IMG/VR virus record: IMGVR_UViG_3300045988_171772
Location: 128,001 to 192,000 of that record
From: a virus
Direction: 5' to 3' (one strand)
Length of the DNA: 64,000 nt
Made by a program: the position numbers and the translations under genes. Shown one piece after another: positions 37,059-46,465 of the stretch; the first letter of the stretch is position 1, and each line of letters starts with the position of its first letter. The notes beneath the pieces are model-generated. The model saw only the letters and a program-made list of their open reading frames with translations, ran no database searches and was not told where the DNA came from.

Positions 37059-37475
37059 TTAATCTTCGGGATCAATGAAAGAATCCGGATCAAGACCAAA
37101 GTCTTTCTCACTGAATTCAATATCCTTCAGATCATCGACCGTGAGATCATCAGAATCCAGATCTTCATCATCAATATCTTCAGTAGACTCAGTGGTCAAT
37201 ACTGGGATATCTTCTGTATCTTCTGTATCATCATCTGCATGAAGATCAAAGAAGGATTCGATCCCGACTTTCCTTCTCTTATCTTCCTCTGTGATCAAAG
37301 AATCTTTAAGATCCTTGATCTCATTCTTCAATTCTTGCACCATAGTATAAATCTCCTCTTTGGTATAAAATTGTGATTCTATAGAAGTTGCGATGGTACA
37401 ATCTAGAGGACCAATCGGATTAATAACATCGGAATACACAGATTCTGTATCTGAGTTATTTCTCTCTAATTCCAT
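37059..37475 (-). CDS. acidic protein (138 aa)
   Basis: GAAGGAGA SD; D/E-rich C-terminal half. Confidence 0.7.
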   Translation of the reverse strand: MELERNNSDTESVYSDVINPIGPLDCTIATSIESQFYTKEEIYTMVQELKNEIKDLKDSLITEEDKRRKVGIESFFDLHADDDTEDTEDIPVLTTESTEDIDDEDLDSDDLTVDDLKDIEFSEKDFGLDPDSFIDPED

Positions 37476-37548
37476 AATCAGTATACATCTCCTTCACAGA
37501 AGTCTTTTTATTAGATTCTTGAAGGAGATGTATAATTTCATCTCTAGA

Positions 37549-38439
37549 TTAGTTTTCCTCTGTCTTAGTAGGATCTTGGACAAGAAGATCCTTCATAGAT
37601 TTAAGTACCTCATAGAATTTGGTATCATAGGCATATTCATCCCCAATTAAAGAATAGAATTCAAAGTATTGAGTCAATTCCTCATTGGCAATCATCTTCA
37701 TATCGGGATTATTCTTCAGATTGACTGTGATAACGGCTCTACGATTATGGAAAGAATATTCCATAGGAGACATTTCATCCTTGACAATTCTATCAAGTTT
37801 CCCGATAAGATCATACATCTCATTGTATACAGCAAGCTCCTCTTCTGTCATGGTATGCTTGCTGTTTTTATAGAGATTGGACAAGAAAGAATCCACGGAA
37901 GGAAAGAAAGACACACTCTTAGCCTGAGGAGTAGCCAGAATATTGAAGGTTCTCTCACCTCCAAGAATCATATTGGAGAGTCTCTCCATAAGCTTACGAT
38001 GATGATTACAAAGCTCTTCTTTGAGATAGAGAGACATCCGAGCTACATAGATATTCTTTCTTCCTTTCTCATTCAGATCATACAATTGTCTGGTAGCATC
38101 TTGATATCCAGAATGAATCATCGGAATGCTATAAGGATTCGACTCATCTGGTTTGAGATCATCATCTCCAAAATTCTTAAAGACCCAGGGATAGGTATCC
38201 GGCTTCAAAATCGTATCTTTGGAGAGATATTCATCTCCAGAGAGATTGGTATTCAGAAATTTGGAGGAATCCAATTTGACATTGGTAATGACAAAGAAAG
38301 GATCCACGAAGGGAGTCTTCTTGTCCGGATACTTCTCGTTGTATTGCTCATTGATTCTCTTATTGATTGCATCGATATAGGCGATATCGCCCAAGCAACC
38401 TCTGTAGAGAGTATACTGATCCAAAAGAATTTCACTCAT
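37549..38439 (-). CDS. hypothetical protein (296 aa from ATG 38439; the track TTG at 38463 lacks an SD)
   Basis: GAAAGGGA 10 nt upstream of ATG 38439. Confidence 0.7.
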   Translation of the reverse strand: MSEILLDQYTLYRGCLGDIAYIDAINKRINEQYNEKYPDKKTPFVDPFFVITNVKLDSSKFLNTNLSGDEYLSKDTILKPDTYPWVFKNFGDDDLKPDESNPYSIPMIHSGYQDATRQLYDLNEKGRKNIYVARMSLYLKEELCNHHRKLMERLSNMILGGERTFNILATPQAKSVSFFPSVDSFLSNLYKNSKHTMTEEELAVYNEMYDLIGKLDRIVKDEMSPMEYSFHNRRAVITVNLKNNPDMKMIANEELTQYFEFYSLIGDEYAYDTKFYEVLKSMKDLLVQDPTKTEEN

Positions 38440-38461
38440 AAGATCAAGATCCCTTTCTTTC

Positions 38462-38514
38462 AATAAAAATAAAAAAGATGACTCTTTTTCTATATAGAGA
38501 GATTAGAGTCATCT
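38462..38514 (-). terminator. terminator downstream of tRNA-Leu (AGATGACTCT / AGAGTCATCT)
   Basis: 10-bp stem with a long T-run on the minus strand. Confidence 0.5.
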
Positions 38515-38520
38515 ATCATA

Positions 38521-38606
38521 TGGTGCTGAAGATGGGAGTTGAACCCATATGGTATCACTACCAAGAGACTTAAGTCTCTTGCGTATGCCATTTTCGTCAC
38601 TTCAGC
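38521..38606 (-). tRNA. type II tRNA-Leu(UAA)-like gene with non-canonical anticodon arm, CCA encoded
   Basis: Acceptor GCTGAAG/CTTCAGC, T-arm ATGGG-TTCAACT-CCCAT, variable arm GGTA-GTGA-TACC. The anticodon region CAAGAGACTTAAGTCTCTTG is a perfect palindrome, which gives a 6-nt or 8-nt loop rather than 7 nt. Confidence 0.75.
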
Positions 38607-38697
38607 ATAGGATAAGAATTACTCAGGGCTGTTACATTTTGATGTCATTTAACCTATTTAGGCACCCTTAAAGAATTACTTAGAAGAATAGAACCGC

Positions 38698-39036
38698 TTA
38701 CTTCAGATTGAAGCCATCGGTATTGGGAGTCGCATTGTCGATCTCATCCATGATGGAAGCCATGCTCTGGATAGACTCATCGATATTCTTCTGAGCCTCT
38801 TCGACAGAGACAGCAGCAGGTTCATCTTCGAGATCCTCAACATTGACCGAGTCCTCCATAACGGTAGGAGCTTCAGGCTCTTCATCGGGTTCCGCATCGA
38901 CTTCCTTCTCGGGGAAGATCTTGTCCTTGACAGACTTACCGGTCTTCACCAGAGCATCACGGAAGTCGTCATCAACCAGAGCAGCAACACCGATACCGGC
39001 AGCGGCAAAGGCCAGAGTAGAGAGAATCTTTTTCAT
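38698..39036 (-). CDS. secreted or membrane-anchored acidic protein (112 aa)
   Basis: GGAGG SD; N-terminal signal/TM segment MKKILSTLAFAAAGIGVAALV; GC3-biased codons. Confidence 0.7.
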   Translation of the reverse strand: MKKILSTLAFAAAGIGVAALVDDDFRDALVKTGKSVKDKIFPEKEVDAEPDEEPEAPTVMEDSVNVEDLEDEPAAVSVEEAQKNIDESIQSMASIMDEIDNATPNTDGFNLK

Positions 39037-39124
39037 TTCGATTTACCTCCAATTTGATATAGATTTCTTTTCGATACAGGAGAGATATTCTCTTGTATCT
39101 TATCATGAAAATAATATACAGAGA

Positions 39125-40135
39125 TTACTCGTCTTTCTTATAAGGATTCCCACAGCTCATTTTCCCTTCGGTGCATCCACCACGAATACAACCAGGACCA
39201 GCATTCGCAAAGAGGGTAGGAGCTACTTCTTTACATTGCGTCAGCATCTGCCAAGCAATGTTACGAATTTCAGCCTGAGCTCTATTGCAGCATCTCAGTG
39301 TAAAGAAATGACGAAGTTCTCTTGCATTCATGGTAATCACCATATTGCAAGTGCAAGCATTCGGCAATACCGCTCTTGCATTCTCATTGGCAATCTTGGA
39401 ATACTTATTGAATGCATTCTTGAATTTATCATTCCCCATAAAGAGAATCTTGTAGATGCTGATCTGATCATTCTCTTCATAGTTCATGAAGTCAGACTCA
39501 GGATTGATGTAAGGATATCCTTCAGAATACCATTTCTTTTCCAGAGTGGCATAATAGGGCATATGCTCCTCATTCTCAGGAATCTTAATATAGTCCTGAT
39601 CACCAAAGAGCTCGTCTGTATTCTCACAGATAAAATAGCTGAGTAGCATAAAGAGAATCCGATCCCGAATGAGGATATAGTCCTTCTTGGATTCTGCAAT
39701 TGCATTGACGAAAGCATCATCGATTGCATACTGCATTTTCTCTCCAGTGTAATTCCCAGCAAGATTTGTATTGGGATGATGGAGAGGATACTCAATATAC
39801 TCAGGAACTCCAACTTGGAAATCGCTGAAGTTGATGTATCTCTGTGACTGCACAGAGAAACTGGCAATACGATGACGAGTGATCTGAGCGAGACAAGATC
39901 TTGTCATATCCGTAATAAGGAATGTGAAAGATGCGTGCTCGATCGGACTCTCATGACCATATCCTTCCAGATGAGAGAGATACCGAGATACCTCTTCATC
40001 CGTAAGAGACTCCCAGATCTTATCCGGTTCCGTATTGGAATAGCAGAGCTTAGCTGCCAAAGCAACCACTTTCTCAGGTTCCGGAGTGTGAGCAATCAGA
40101 GTAGCTTTCGGATACACGACTTTGATCGGTTCCAT
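39125..40135 (-). CDS. thyX: flavin-dependent thymidylate synthase ThyX
   Basis: ThyX signature RHRxxSxxxxSxR present as ITRHRIASFSVQSQRY; also ESPIEHASFTF; GGAGGA SD. Confidence 0.85.
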   Translation of the reverse strand: MEPIKVVYPKATLIAHTPEPEKVVALAAKLCYSNTEPDKIWESLTDEEVSRYLSHLEGYGHESPIEHASFTFLITDMTRSCLAQITRHRIASFSVQSQRYINFSDFQVGVPEYIEYPLHHPNTNLAGNYTGEKMQYAIDDAFVNAIAESKKDYILIRDRILFMLLSYFICENTDELFGDQDYIKIPENEEHMPYYATLEKKWYSEGYPYINPESDFMNYEENDQISIYKILFMGNDKFKNAFNKYSKIANENARAVLPNACTCNMVITMNARELRHFFTLRCCNRAQAEIRNIAWQMLTQCKEVAPTLFANAGPGCIRGGCTEGKMSCGNPYKKDE

Positions 40136-40141
40136 GGTATT

Positions 40142-41197
40142 TTATTCCTCCTCAGAAACATCAGGAGTGTTATCCACAGAAATATCCTCACCGATATCAG
40201 GGATATCCGGGATATCATTCACCAGGGTCTGATCAGGATCACCATTGAGATCGATTCCATTGATAAACTCTTCATCTTCGGTATTCTCTTCAGAAGGATT
40301 CGCTTCCTCTACTTCCTGAGGAGTATCATTCGCATCCTCAGGAGGATTCTGAATCAGATCTTCCAGGCGAACACCGGTAGGAATGATCGTATTGGCATTG
40401 GGATCCATCAAATCCTTCATAGGATCAACCAGCGCTCTACCATTGTAGTTGAATTTCCGAGAGTCATCTTTCAGAAACCCCTCAAAGAAACTCATGGTAT
40501 CACTGGAAGTCAACCCGAAAGAGTTGGAAGGAATCTGAGTTCCATCCAGACTATAGAAGTTGATCTCATTGCTGGAGCGAATCATATTGCAGAAGCGATT
40601 GTAGAGACCAAAGGCATAATAAGCAATGACCTGAATCGCATCCGACGGGAAGAGATAATCACTGTGCTCATACAGCACAATCTGAGAAACCGCTTGCTGA
40701 TAGGCATCCAACACAATCGGAGGATAGACAACCTTTTCAGGGTCATCCGAGGGATTGGCCGGAATGGAAACCGACGGAGGAAGCATACCGAAGCGAGTAT
40801 GAGCAACCTCTACCAAGGAAGCTGCTTCCTTGATAATGACATCCATATCCGGAGTTTCTTCCTTGGACTTGACATTGGTAAGCTCTTTGAGAATGAAGGT
40901 CATCACAATATCATCGATATAGTTTGTAAGCACCAATACATCGGTGGCTTTGCGGATCTCATTCAGCTTGGCATAATCCTCGTGGCAGATCCCCAGCTTA
41001 ACCAGAGCTGCTGCATAATTCAGACTTTCCTTCTCCATCTCCATGATGTGAGGATAGACCTGATACGGATTGCGAATAGTGCCGAAGTAGGACGACACAG
41101 TGGAATACTTATTGAAAGCATCCGCGATGATGTCTCTGCCAATATTGGTAGTCCCATCAAAGCAACCTGTGACCGTCATAATCGTTTTAACACCCAT
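40142..41197 (-). CDS. hypothetical protein with acidic C-terminal tail (351 aa)
   Basis: AAAGGAGGA SD; its stop lies 4 nt before the thyX start, so probably an operon. Confidence 0.75.
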   Translation of the reverse strand: MGVKTIMTVTGCFDGTTNIGRDIIADAFNKYSTVSSYFGTIRNPYQVYPHIMEMEKESLNYAAALVKLGICHEDYAKLNEIRKATDVLVLTNYIDDIVMTFILKELTNVKSKEETPDMDVIIKEAASLVEVAHTRFGMLPPSVSIPANPSDDPEKVVYPPIVLDAYQQAVSQIVLYEHSDYLFPSDAIQVIAYYAFGLYNRFCNMIRSSNEINFYSLDGTQIPSNSFGLTSSDTMSFFEGFLKDDSRKFNYNGRALVDPMKDLMDPNANTIIPTGVRLEDLIQNPPEDANDTPQEVEEANPSEENTEDEEFINGIDLNGDPDQTLVNDIPDIPDIGEDISVDNTPDVSEEE

Positions 41198-41261
41198 TAT
41201 TATTTCCTCCTTTATAGAAATAAAATTCGGATTACTATTTTGCTTTTCATGACTTAGGAAA

Positions 41262-41317
41262 TCAAAATAAGATACTATATAGAAGAAACATGAGATCTAT
41301 TCCTACTATATAGTATC
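41262..41317 (-). terminator. terminator (GATACTATATAG / CTATATAGTATC)
   Basis: 12-bp stem with a T-run on the minus strand. Confidence 0.5.
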
Positions 41318-41330
41318 GAATCTTTAAAAT

Positions 41331-42620
41331 TTATGCAGAGGTAGTGGTATCCTCATATCCTCCAAGAAGTGTGACTTTCACTACAGGAACGAGAATATCT
41401 GCATTCTTAGACATAACACACTTGACTTCGGATACTCGATAAGAGCCACCCTTATCAGAAAGCTCTGCGTCGGTGAAGCTCATAGAGATTTCCATATTGG
41501 GTTTGAATGCATCCAGATCCACAGCGGTGAATTCACACTCTGCTTGTTTGGAAGCTTCCTTGATACTCATAGCAAGAGCATCCCCATTGCTGGTACCATC
41601 TGTATTGGAATATACCTTGGTATTCTCACCCATTGCAGTGGTAGTGGCACCGGTCTCATAGGTACTCTTCTCACCAGTAGCGCTATTAACCACCATCATG
41701 TTACTACCAACTGTCTGAGTAGCTACCACAGAAGGAGTCGAGAAATGCATAGCATTCTCTTCCAGATTCACATGATACTCTTCTCCATCTTTGAAGCATC
41801 CACAGCAAGATCCATAGGAGTCTGATTCGTTATTGACAGATTCCACGATGGTTCTTCTTGCATCTCCACCAACCCATGCAGTGCATTTGGCATTCTTATT
41901 CAGGATATATCCTCGATCTGTATCGAAGAATACCAAGGTACCACAATCGTTTGTATTGTAGTTATTGGTCACCCAGGAGATTGCCTTAACTGCACTATAG
42001 GGAGGAATGATGATCTGCTCATAGGTCTGCTCCACAGTAGGAGGACTACACAGAATATTAGAAAGAGAAGCTTGGTTACATATCCAGACGACAGCATCAA
42101 TCGGAGTGGTGTCTTGTAAGACTCCATTGACAGTATTCTTTGCATTGAATAAGAATTCCTCATTATACAAAGCTACTCTCGTAGTAGTCATATTCGACAA
42201 GTCTGATTGATTGTCTGCCTCTTTCTCTTCATATTCTTCAATCTCTTTTACATTGGTAGCCACCGATGCTTCATCTGAGAATACATAGAAGTTACCTTCT
42301 ATTGCAGATTCCCATCCGAGACCAGAATGATCTTCTGAAGAGTCATCTTGTCCTTCACCATTCATACTGATTTCATCATAGGCTTTTTGTAAGTCAATAT
42401 AAGCTCTGACTTCGATATTCTCTTCTTTCATATGACGGAATACAGCATTTGGAATGGTAATTGTCAGCTCAAAGTAAGGTAAAAACATTGTGTCATAGGG
42501 TTTCTCTATGACAATTTCAGAAACGTATTGAGGGTCTATTTCTTCAGAGCTTCCATTCACATCCAAAGTGAATTTATTCACTCGGTAGACACACGCTTTG
42601 AATTGGGATTCACCTGCCAT
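41331..42620 (-). CDS. hypothetical structural protein, baseplate/hub-like (weak)
   Basis: GGAGGGA SD; the functional guess rests only on the neighbouring large structural and lysin genes. Confidence 0.65.
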   Translation of the reverse strand: MAGESQFKACVYRVNKFTLDVNGSSEEIDPQYVSEIVIEKPYDTMFLPYFELTITIPNAVFRHMKEENIEVRAYIDLQKAYDEISMNGEGQDDSSEDHSGLGWESAIEGNFYVFSDEASVATNVKEIEEYEEKEADNQSDLSNMTTTRVALYNEEFLFNAKNTVNGVLQDTTPIDAVVWICNQASLSNILCSPPTVEQTYEQIIIPPYSAVKAISWVTNNYNTNDCGTLVFFDTDRGYILNKNAKCTAWVGGDARRTIVESVNNESDSYGSCCGCFKDGEEYHVNLEENAMHFSTPSVVATQTVGSNMMVVNSATGEKSTYETGATTTAMGENTKVYSNTDGTSNGDALAMSIKEASKQAECEFTAVDLDAFKPNMEISMSFTDAELSDKGGSYRVSEVKCVMSKNADILVPVVKVTLLGGYEDTTTSA

Positions 42621-42677
42621 AATGTAAGAAATCCCTCCATTTCTATTAGGAAAATCTTAATGGAATGTCAGAATTGA

Positions 42678-42865
42678 ATAAAAAAGAAAGCTCCCCATGT
42701 TCTTATATGGTAAAGAAACATAGGGAGCTTTAAGGGGGTAGATAGCGGGCATAGGAGTCATAATACGGAAGCAGAAAGAGATATCATTATGAAAGGAAGT
42801 CATGTCATTGCCCATGATGAATATTCAACCGGAAAGGAATCGGCATATTCATTGCTATCTCTACC
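42678..42865 (-). promoter_or_regulatory. riboswitch-like leader: about 130-nt multi-helix element followed by an intrinsic terminator, upstream of gene 41331..42620
   Basis: Closing helix 42737-46/42854-65 (10 bp, 2-nt bulge). Inner hairpin ATGAATAT..ATATTCAT and helix TCATAAT/ATTATGA. Then a 15-bp terminator (42687-42731) followed by TTCTTTTTT on the minus strand, about 60 nt before the start codon. Confidence 0.4.
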
Positions 42866-42958
42866 AAAATAATATATAGGAATAATTCTTTTTCTCATAC
42901 TCAATATACTAGGCCGAAAAACACTGCCTTAAATGATGAAGGTAGGTGATCATTAAAT

Positions 42959-45900
42959 ATGGCCCTAACTAGCATTTCGGCTCGAGAATTTCAGTCTGCA
43001 TTATTGGAGATATCGACGGATATCACCTGGAAGGATACCTATCGAGCACAAGAAGGCGAAGATAGCGCCTACTACTTTTTGATTGACAAATACTTGGCAG
43101 CTGCTAGATTGCTGCTTGGAAAATACTCTTCTACTACATTGAATGTCTATCTGGATTACGATAAGACGAAGTTTGATAACTTCATTACTTCATCCAGTAA
43201 CAACGGTACCATGACAAAGGAAGAAGCTGCGGCATTCCGTACGATGTATAACTACGTCGAGCATAATGACTATTACAGGATGCTGAATGGTCTTCCAGCT
43301 ATGGGAGCATTGGATGAGTATCTCGTATATCCAGATGGATTTTATGATCCTCTTACCAGTAACCACTATGAAAAGATCACACGAGTAACTGCCTTGGAAG
43401 ATATACCAACATATCCTTCGTATGTATCTCCCTATCCCACTGATACCACTTTCAAAGAAGGAGAGACATACGATATCTTGGCAGAAGCGAATAATCGTTA
43501 TCGTATCTCGATTATCAATCTCAATAGACCGATTGATGAATTCTGGATCGATAAATCAGATACCGCTCTGAGAATCTTCCAGGTAAACTCACAAAAGAGA
43601 ATCCCGGTGCATAAATGGAGTAGCGTTGATATTCTTCGATGGGAGACTACCGATGATTTTACCAATTTCATTGCGGAGCATTCCTCGGATCAATATCAAT
43701 ATCTTCAGCATATGACCACCAAAAAGATTCGTCCTTATGTAGCTCGTCTTGCTGATCGATTTGCTCTTCTCTATTGCCCGACATCGGATCCTGAAAACCT
43801 TTCGAATGACTTTAAGGATGCCTATGAGAAAGCGAGACTCATGATGATCTCTGTCTTCTATACAGAAGGTCTTCGTCAGAGGGAAGGACGTTACTATGAA
43901 TCCTTCATTGCAATGTCCATTCTCTTTATGGCCCTCAACTATATGAATTACAAATATCTCGATGTCGATATTGACAGAGACTTCTACGATTTGGATTCAT
44001 TGAAGTTGATTTATGAAGCCTATGGAGTTCCTTTCTATGAGGATATTCCTCTTACCTATCACAAGAGAATCGTTAAGAATATTAACCGACTCATCAAGTA
44101 TAAGGGATCCAATAAAGTCTTCGTAGAGCTTTGTGATCTATTCGATTATGATATCCTTGGTATCTATCAATACTATCTCCTCAAAAAGAGAAAGTTTGAT
44201 ACCAATGGAAATCCGATTACCGTCTACAAACAGAAAGAGGATGTTGCTGGTAATCTCCAATATGAGACTTACAAGCAATTCAAAGCCCTGTATGACTTGA
44301 AAACCTATCCGAATAGTCGCACAGGAGTTCCTGCTAAGTTTATCGCTCAGGCAGGAAGAACCTATGAGATTCTGGATGAGACAGATACTCGATATGCCAT
44401 TCGTGGTACTGGTAGTGCCATCTATTGGGTAGCGAAGAATGATCAGGTTATGACTGTATCGGATGCTACTCATGTAAAACTCTTTATCTCCAATGCGGTG
44501 GATACTTATAACTCCTATGAGGATATGAATACGCCTGGAGCAGAAGTATCTCACTGGAGACTTCCTGCTGGTACTACATGGGAGATCAATGAATATCCTC
44601 CCACTGGTGTAGATCGTACTGGGTATAAAGAAAGCTGGGTATGTATTACCCGTGAGTCTACCAATCCCATGTATGATGGTAAGATCTATTATGTGAAGCT
44701 CAATGCTTCTGCCTATATGGATGATTATGAGTATCTGAATGATGCAAATGGATATCGGATTCCCATCATGATAGAAGACTCAGAAGCGATGTATGATGTG
44801 TCCTTCTTGAAGTCTAACATTGAAGAGAATCCCTATAATAACATGAGTGACAAGGATAACTACCTTGGATATCATGAAGTCGTTGATATTGACGATTACT
44901 GGTTCGATGATACTGATACCAGAAATACCATGTATAATAACGACTATAACTACATCGAGACGAAGTATATCGGTGTGCAGCTGACATTTGATCTCTGTGA
45001 ATTGGTATATGAATCATGCTACTTCATGGGTATGCTCAGAGATAATAAGGAGTCTACCTATCCTCTGATGATTTCTCATGATCGTATGGGCATGGATGTC
45101 CCTCTGTGGGATTTTGTCTTGTATGTATTTGCAGCAATCTGCAAGAAGAATGGATATCCTGGTGTCATTCCTCATGAACCCTCTAAGGTAGCTCGTATCT
45201 ATGGATACAACTATAAAGGAATTTTCCAGATATTGAAAGAAACCTCGTTACAGGGTCTTCAGATTAAGAAAGACTTCTACGATGAGGAGACTGGTCAATA
45301 TATTGGTCAATTCAATAAATTCAATATCGCCATTGGTAATACCGAGTATCATGGAGATACCATTCAAGACTGGGCTTCTTTGGAGAAGCATCTGCAAGAG
45401 ACCCAGGAAGGAAAAGAGCTCTATACAGAATTCATTCAGTCTCTGGATAAACTCGTTATCTCGGATATGGCCAGTGTTGATGTAGCCTATTGTACCATGA
45501 AGGATGTCATGGAGAAGATCAATTACTTCTTAACAACTTCTGCCAATAGACTGGAATATCAGGCATGGTCTCAGCTCTTCCATATTGTCTATTCCACAGA
45601 ATTGATTGACGATGTATTTCGTAAATCAGATGGTACGATTGCGGAAAGCTTCATGGATCTTCTGGAGGATTCCAATCCTCTTATGTGGTCTAGACTGGAG
45701 AATAATGATTCTGAAACCGATTTGAATTTTGAGATTAACTATTGCCTGGTGCAATTGGAGAATCTCTGTAGCGAATTGAAGTATATGGAATTCATTGATG
45801 GTGCTGATATTGACATCATCACTGAGTATCTGTATAAGATGCTTCGCTATTTCAAATCTGCTAAGGTAGACTTGGTAGACTTTGATCTGGTATTCAGAAT

Positions 45901-46330
45901 CACCAATCGTACTGAGAATATGCTGAAGCTTCTTGCGGATCTGGATGTTATCGTTCATAAGACCTATATTGACGATCCTCATCTGACCGTAGTGGATGTG
46001 GTGTGGAAGCAGCTTCTGAAGAATCATATCTATGATAGAGACTTCGTCTTCTACTTTACAGATTACATCACACAAGAGATGCATCTTGAAAGACTTCCTG
46101 ATGATCACTTTGAGACTACTGAGAGTATCGAAGATCAGATCGAAGGTATGCTTCAAGATGAGATTAAGAAAGTAACTCATGAATCCTCTATGTATGAGCA
46201 GCTTCCCTATAAGGATGATATTGAAATTTATAAAGAAGCTACCACTGGTAAGGGAGTCATTGAGACGATGAACTTTACCGATGCTCTGATTCTTTTGGAG
46301 AGTCATACAGAAGAGGAAGAAACTCCCTAA
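42959..46330 (+). CDS. large virion structural protein (1123 aa) with SH3-like inserts
   Basis: GGTAGGTGA SD. Segments such as GETYDILAEANNRYRISI and GRTYEILDETDTRYAIRG resemble the SH3b-like repeats of the lysins. Confidence 0.75.
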   Translation: MALTSISAREFQSALLEISTDITWKDTYRAQEGEDSAYYFLIDKYLAAARLLLGKYSSTTLNVYLDYDKTKFDNFITSSSNNGTMTKEEAAAFRTMYNYVEHNDYYRMLNGLPAMGALDEYLVYPDGFYDPLTSNHYEKITRVTALEDIPTYPSYVSPYPTDTTFKEGETYDILAEANNRYRISIINLNRPIDEFWIDKSDTALRIFQVNSQKRIPVHKWSSVDILRWETTDDFTNFIAEHSSDQYQYLQHMTTKKIRPYVARLADRFALLYCPTSDPENLSNDFKDAYEKARLMMISVFYTEGLRQREGRYYESFIAMSILFMALNYMNYKYLDVDIDRDFYDLDSLKLIYEAYGVPFYEDIPLTYHKRIVKNINRLIKYKGSNKVFVELCDLFDYDILGIYQYYLLKKRKFDTNGNPITVYKQKEDVAGNLQYETYKQFKALYDLKTYPNSRTGVPAKFIAQAGRTYEILDETDTRYAIRGTGSAIYWVAKNDQVMTVSDATHVKLFISNAVDTYNSYEDMNTPGAEVSHWRLPAGTTWEINEYPPTGVDRTGYKESWVCITRESTNPMYDGKIYYVKLNASAYMDDYEYLNDANGYRIPIMIEDSEAMYDVSFLKSNIEENPYNNMSDKDNYLGYHEVVDIDDYWFDDTDTRNTMYNNDYNYIETKYIGVQLTFDLCELVYESCYFMGMLRDNKESTYPLMISHDRMGMDVPLWDFVLYVFAAICKKNGYPGVIPHEPSKVARIYGYNYKGIFQILKETSLQGLQIKKDFYDEETGQYIGQFNKFNIAIGNTEYHGDTIQDWASLEKHLQETQEGKELYTEFIQSLDKLVISDMASVDVAYCTMKDVMEKINYFLTTSANRLEYQAWSQLFHIVYSTELIDDVFRKSDGTIAESFMDLLEDSNPLMWSRLENNDSETDLNFEINYCLVQLENLCSELKYMEFIDGADIDIITEYLYKMLRYFKSAKVDLVDFDLVFRITNRTENMLKLLADLDVIVHKTYIDDPHLTVVDVVWKQLLKNHIYDRDFVFYFTDYITQEMHLERLPDDHFETTESIEDQIEGMLQDEIKKVTHESSMYEQLPYKDDIEIYKEATTGKGVIETMNFTDALILLESHTEEEETP

Positions 46331-46340
46331 GTATTTTTAT

Positions 46341-46396
46341 ATCAGAAAGGCTTCTATGGAATTTCTCTATAGAGGTCTTTCTGATTTTTTATTTTT
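46341..46396 (+). terminator. intrinsic terminator
   Basis: ATCAGAAAG..TCTAT pairs with ATAGA..CTTTCTGAT, followed by TTTTTTATTTTT. Confidence 0.55.
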
Positions 46397-46465
46397 AAAG
46401 ATTGAAATGGGGATGATCCGAGTACCTTAGGTTAAATCCATAGGAAAGGAGATCACAAGATTCAT

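Noticed and set aside
39872-41257. 461-aa plus-strand ORF
   Set aside because: Codon-aligned antisense shadow spanning thyX and the gene upstream of it. The same reasoning rejects 7955..8608, 8684..9214, 19002..19442, 30011..30385, 30908..31300, 31807..32325, 35622..36104, 37669..38466, 38843..39646, 61564..62652 and 62746..63339.
42737-42760. GGTAGATAGCGGG resembles the GGUAGGUAGCGGGG segment of the c-di-GMP-II riboswitch
   Set aside because: The other conserved c-di-GMP-II elements I remember (ACGCA..., GACGCAAAGC) are absent, so the leader is left unclassified.
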